Positions 61,697-64,000 of a stretch of 64,000 bases of DNA are shown piece after piece; position 1 is the stretch's first letter; each line of letters opens with the position of its first letter. Under the pieces are notes generated by a model that had not been told where the DNA came from, did not search any database, and saw only the letters and a list, made by a program, of their open reading frames with translations. The translations under genes and the position numbers were made by a program. Source of the DNA: Phoronis australis (lineage: Eukaryota; Animalia; Phoronida); the NCBI GenBank assembly GCA_002633005.1, contig NMRA01000027.1:1043788-1107787 (forward strand), in the 5' to 3' direction.

Positions 61697-63051
61697 CCGT
61701 AATCGTTCGGGTTAACGCCCTGGGCGGTTAAATTGGCGAACCCAAAAAATCGGGGGTGGGCGGTTAACCAGACATGGGCGCTTAAACGTGAAATTTCAAG
61801 AAATCAGGAGGGGGCGGTTAACTGAACATGGGCGCTTGTTACGACAGGCAACCGCCCTGGGCGGTTAATCTTACCTTATGATCTGAGTCACCACACGTAC
61901 TAAGCCACATACTGGGATCGCCTAACACTTTGAAAAGAACTTTATCGCCACCAAGTGCGTACTCTGCGCACTCTAATTAACAAATAGTTTCGAAAATGTA
62001 GAGTGTGGTCAAACTCCGAACGCTTGCATAGAAAGTTTGCTACATAATATGGCGCCTCAGGTGAGACCGATTATTGCGAATTATGCTCATTATTTCACTA
62101 TACTTCGCAGACGTTGAACATGTTCACCTGCGTAGCAGACGGTAGCTGTGCTGTCGTTTTAACCCAGTTGTGGTCACGTGCTGACCCATTTTTCCTGTTT
62201 GATCAGTGCACTCCCATAATAAACAACTTAACTGACGGTCACGTAGACAAGGACTACCAGCAGTTCCGAATTTCAGTTCAAAATTATTTCGAGATAACAG
62301 AATGTACTCCTGGTCTGAATGGTCAAAAAGCATAAAAATGTATAATCAATCACGAAATCGGGTTCAACTATTCAGTTGCCATGCACTGTGACGAGAGTAC
62401 TCGAAAGACGGGGATCTCGATAACCCGGCAATTACACTCACCAAAATATAAAGAATTTATCAACTTTTCGCGGTTTATGGGAATTCTTCAAAATCCCGAG
62501 AGCTTACAACCTAAAGCGCATTGAGAGGGTTGGCAAAACCAATGTCACATTTCTCTGACCTGGTTATTTCGAATGCATCTTTTATATAGTGCACTGTAGT
62601 CGATAACTCAGTGCGGCAGAGATTGTGGCTGAAAGTGGAGGTGTAGACGCCAGCGCGGTTCCTAAAGTTTGCGAACATGAGAAGAAAAGAAAGTGACAAA
62701 GTGTTCAAGTATTACATTTTGAAGTTAATCGATGACCCGTTACAATAATTTGTTACTGGTATCATAATTCACATTGCTAAACCGCGGTCTCTGAGGCCGT
62801 CGTTGCACTCAATGTTATCATCGATCTTAATCTAAAAGGTCGGGGATTCGCGTTTCCTATTAGCACAGGGCGGTAATCACCAATCGTCAAAAGTAGGGGA
62901 TGGGCGCTTAACCGAGAGGTGGGCGCTTCATTGGAAATCTTCAAAAATAGCAGGGGGCGGTTAACCGAGCAGTGGGCGGTTAAATCGAAAATCCACCTAA
63001 AGTAGGGGTGGGCGGTTAACTGAGCATGGGCGTTAACCCGAACGATTACGG
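61697..63051. mobile_element. Non-autonomous Tc1/mariner-pogo-type DNA transposon in a G6PC intron
   Basis: TA|CCGTAATCGTTCGGGTTAACGCCC ... GGGCGTTAACCCGAACGATTACGG|TA: perfect 24-bp TIR, TA target duplication and subterminal GGGCGGTTAA repeats. Confidence 0.85.
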
Positions 63052-64000
63052 TAGTCCTAATTCCCATAAGTCTTCAAGTGCTTTATTAATCAGTGGTTGG
63101 TAAACTTATCTTGCTGGAGACCCCCTAGTGGGTGCCGTTTTTCATCATTGGTCTTCCAAATATAAACTTAAATTGAACAATTTATGAAACGTGATCAAAA
63201 GGACAGGTCATACTGCATGCTGATCATGAGAGTTGACATTAGGTAGACTTCCACTTGAGACTGTGTTACTTGCAAAAAACTTGTTTTGTTGCAAGTGATG
63301 CACACACATTAAGTTGGCTTCACCGAGTGTTATAACTGATGTTGATATAGTTGCTGGAACGATTCTAGACCTGTGTATTAGACGCAAATCATGCTTGTTC
63401 CTATGGAAATTCGACTTACGGTACGCATTATCTGCAAAACGTACCCAGGTGACCGGTTTTGTTTCTGTTTAAAATGTGTGATTGAAGTATCAGTGAGTTT
63501 ATAGTTGGAATAGAAGAAAGAGAAGACTAAATTTGGTTTTTGCAAAAAAAATCTAAAATTACTTTCATTTAATCATCAATTTGAATCGAAAATAACTCAT
63601 GTCAGCACACCTGCAGACTTGGTCATCAGTCATTTTCCATTCATATGAACATCTAGCGAATCACGAAGCCACTTCTTTTGATACTGACTCTGATCTCAGA
63701 AACATGTTATGTGATTGGGATTGCTCATTCGTTGGACTGCAGCTATCTCCGGCAAACATCATAGTTTGTTATTGTCAGAATTGTAAAGCATGGGATTTAG
63801 ATTTTTTTGAAGCGAATTTTAAGCCTCGGGGCGGCAGAATTTAACTGTTTTGGCACGTTTTTCTGGGATATGGCAAAGTTCTGAATGTTAATGAGGCAAC
63901 AGCAAATTTTGCAAAACTCCTTCAACATGCGCTGATGGCCATTTAGACTATTGTTGGCATTCCGTTAATGAAGGGAAGAGCACGTCATGTCAATCTTGTG

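Noticed and set aside
63599-63844. Candidate final G6PC exon
   Set aside because: Lacks the expected C-terminal G6PC motifs (e.g. WC...W.H.DT.PF); the exon is probably beyond the window.
1-64000. Prokaryotic operons, CRISPR arrays or defence systems
   Set aside because: Genes are spliced with GT-AG introns and the repeats are eukaryotic transposons; no regularly spaced repeat-spacer array was seen.

Overview
Intron-rich animal genomic DNA, probably from a marine invertebrate (inferred from gene and transposon types; AT-rich, with a few N gaps). It is not prokaryotic. (1) A giant + strand gene can be assembled by hand from 20 GT-AG exons (5337-38236) whose phases all match, giving about 3,400 codons; its first exon(s) were not found. 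The protein reads EMI domain - EGF/Cys-rich modules - WSC domain - long array of FN3/Ig-like 'D.TPP..G...W.GF.D.ESG' repeats, with no C-terminal membrane anchor. (2) About 300 bp after its stop codon lies a ~10.5 kb decayed Polinton/adintovirus-like element (~38540-49000) with degenerate terminal inverted repeats, major capsid and cysteine protease remnants and an internal inversion. It also carries a CD63-like tetraspanin exon, nested LINE/LTR-gag/MITE insertions and a duplicated ~2.4 kb block that may be an assembly artefact. (3) Four coding exons of a glucose-6-phosphatase (G6PC-like) gene start at 57740 and the gene probably continues beyond the window. The rest is transposon debris: a Penelope end with a minimal hammerhead ribozyme, an RNase H LINE, a Helitron fragment, an Ngaro/DIRS-like remnant, tRNA-derived SINEs, MITEs and a foldback element. 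All family assignments come from motif recognition by eye; no searches were run.
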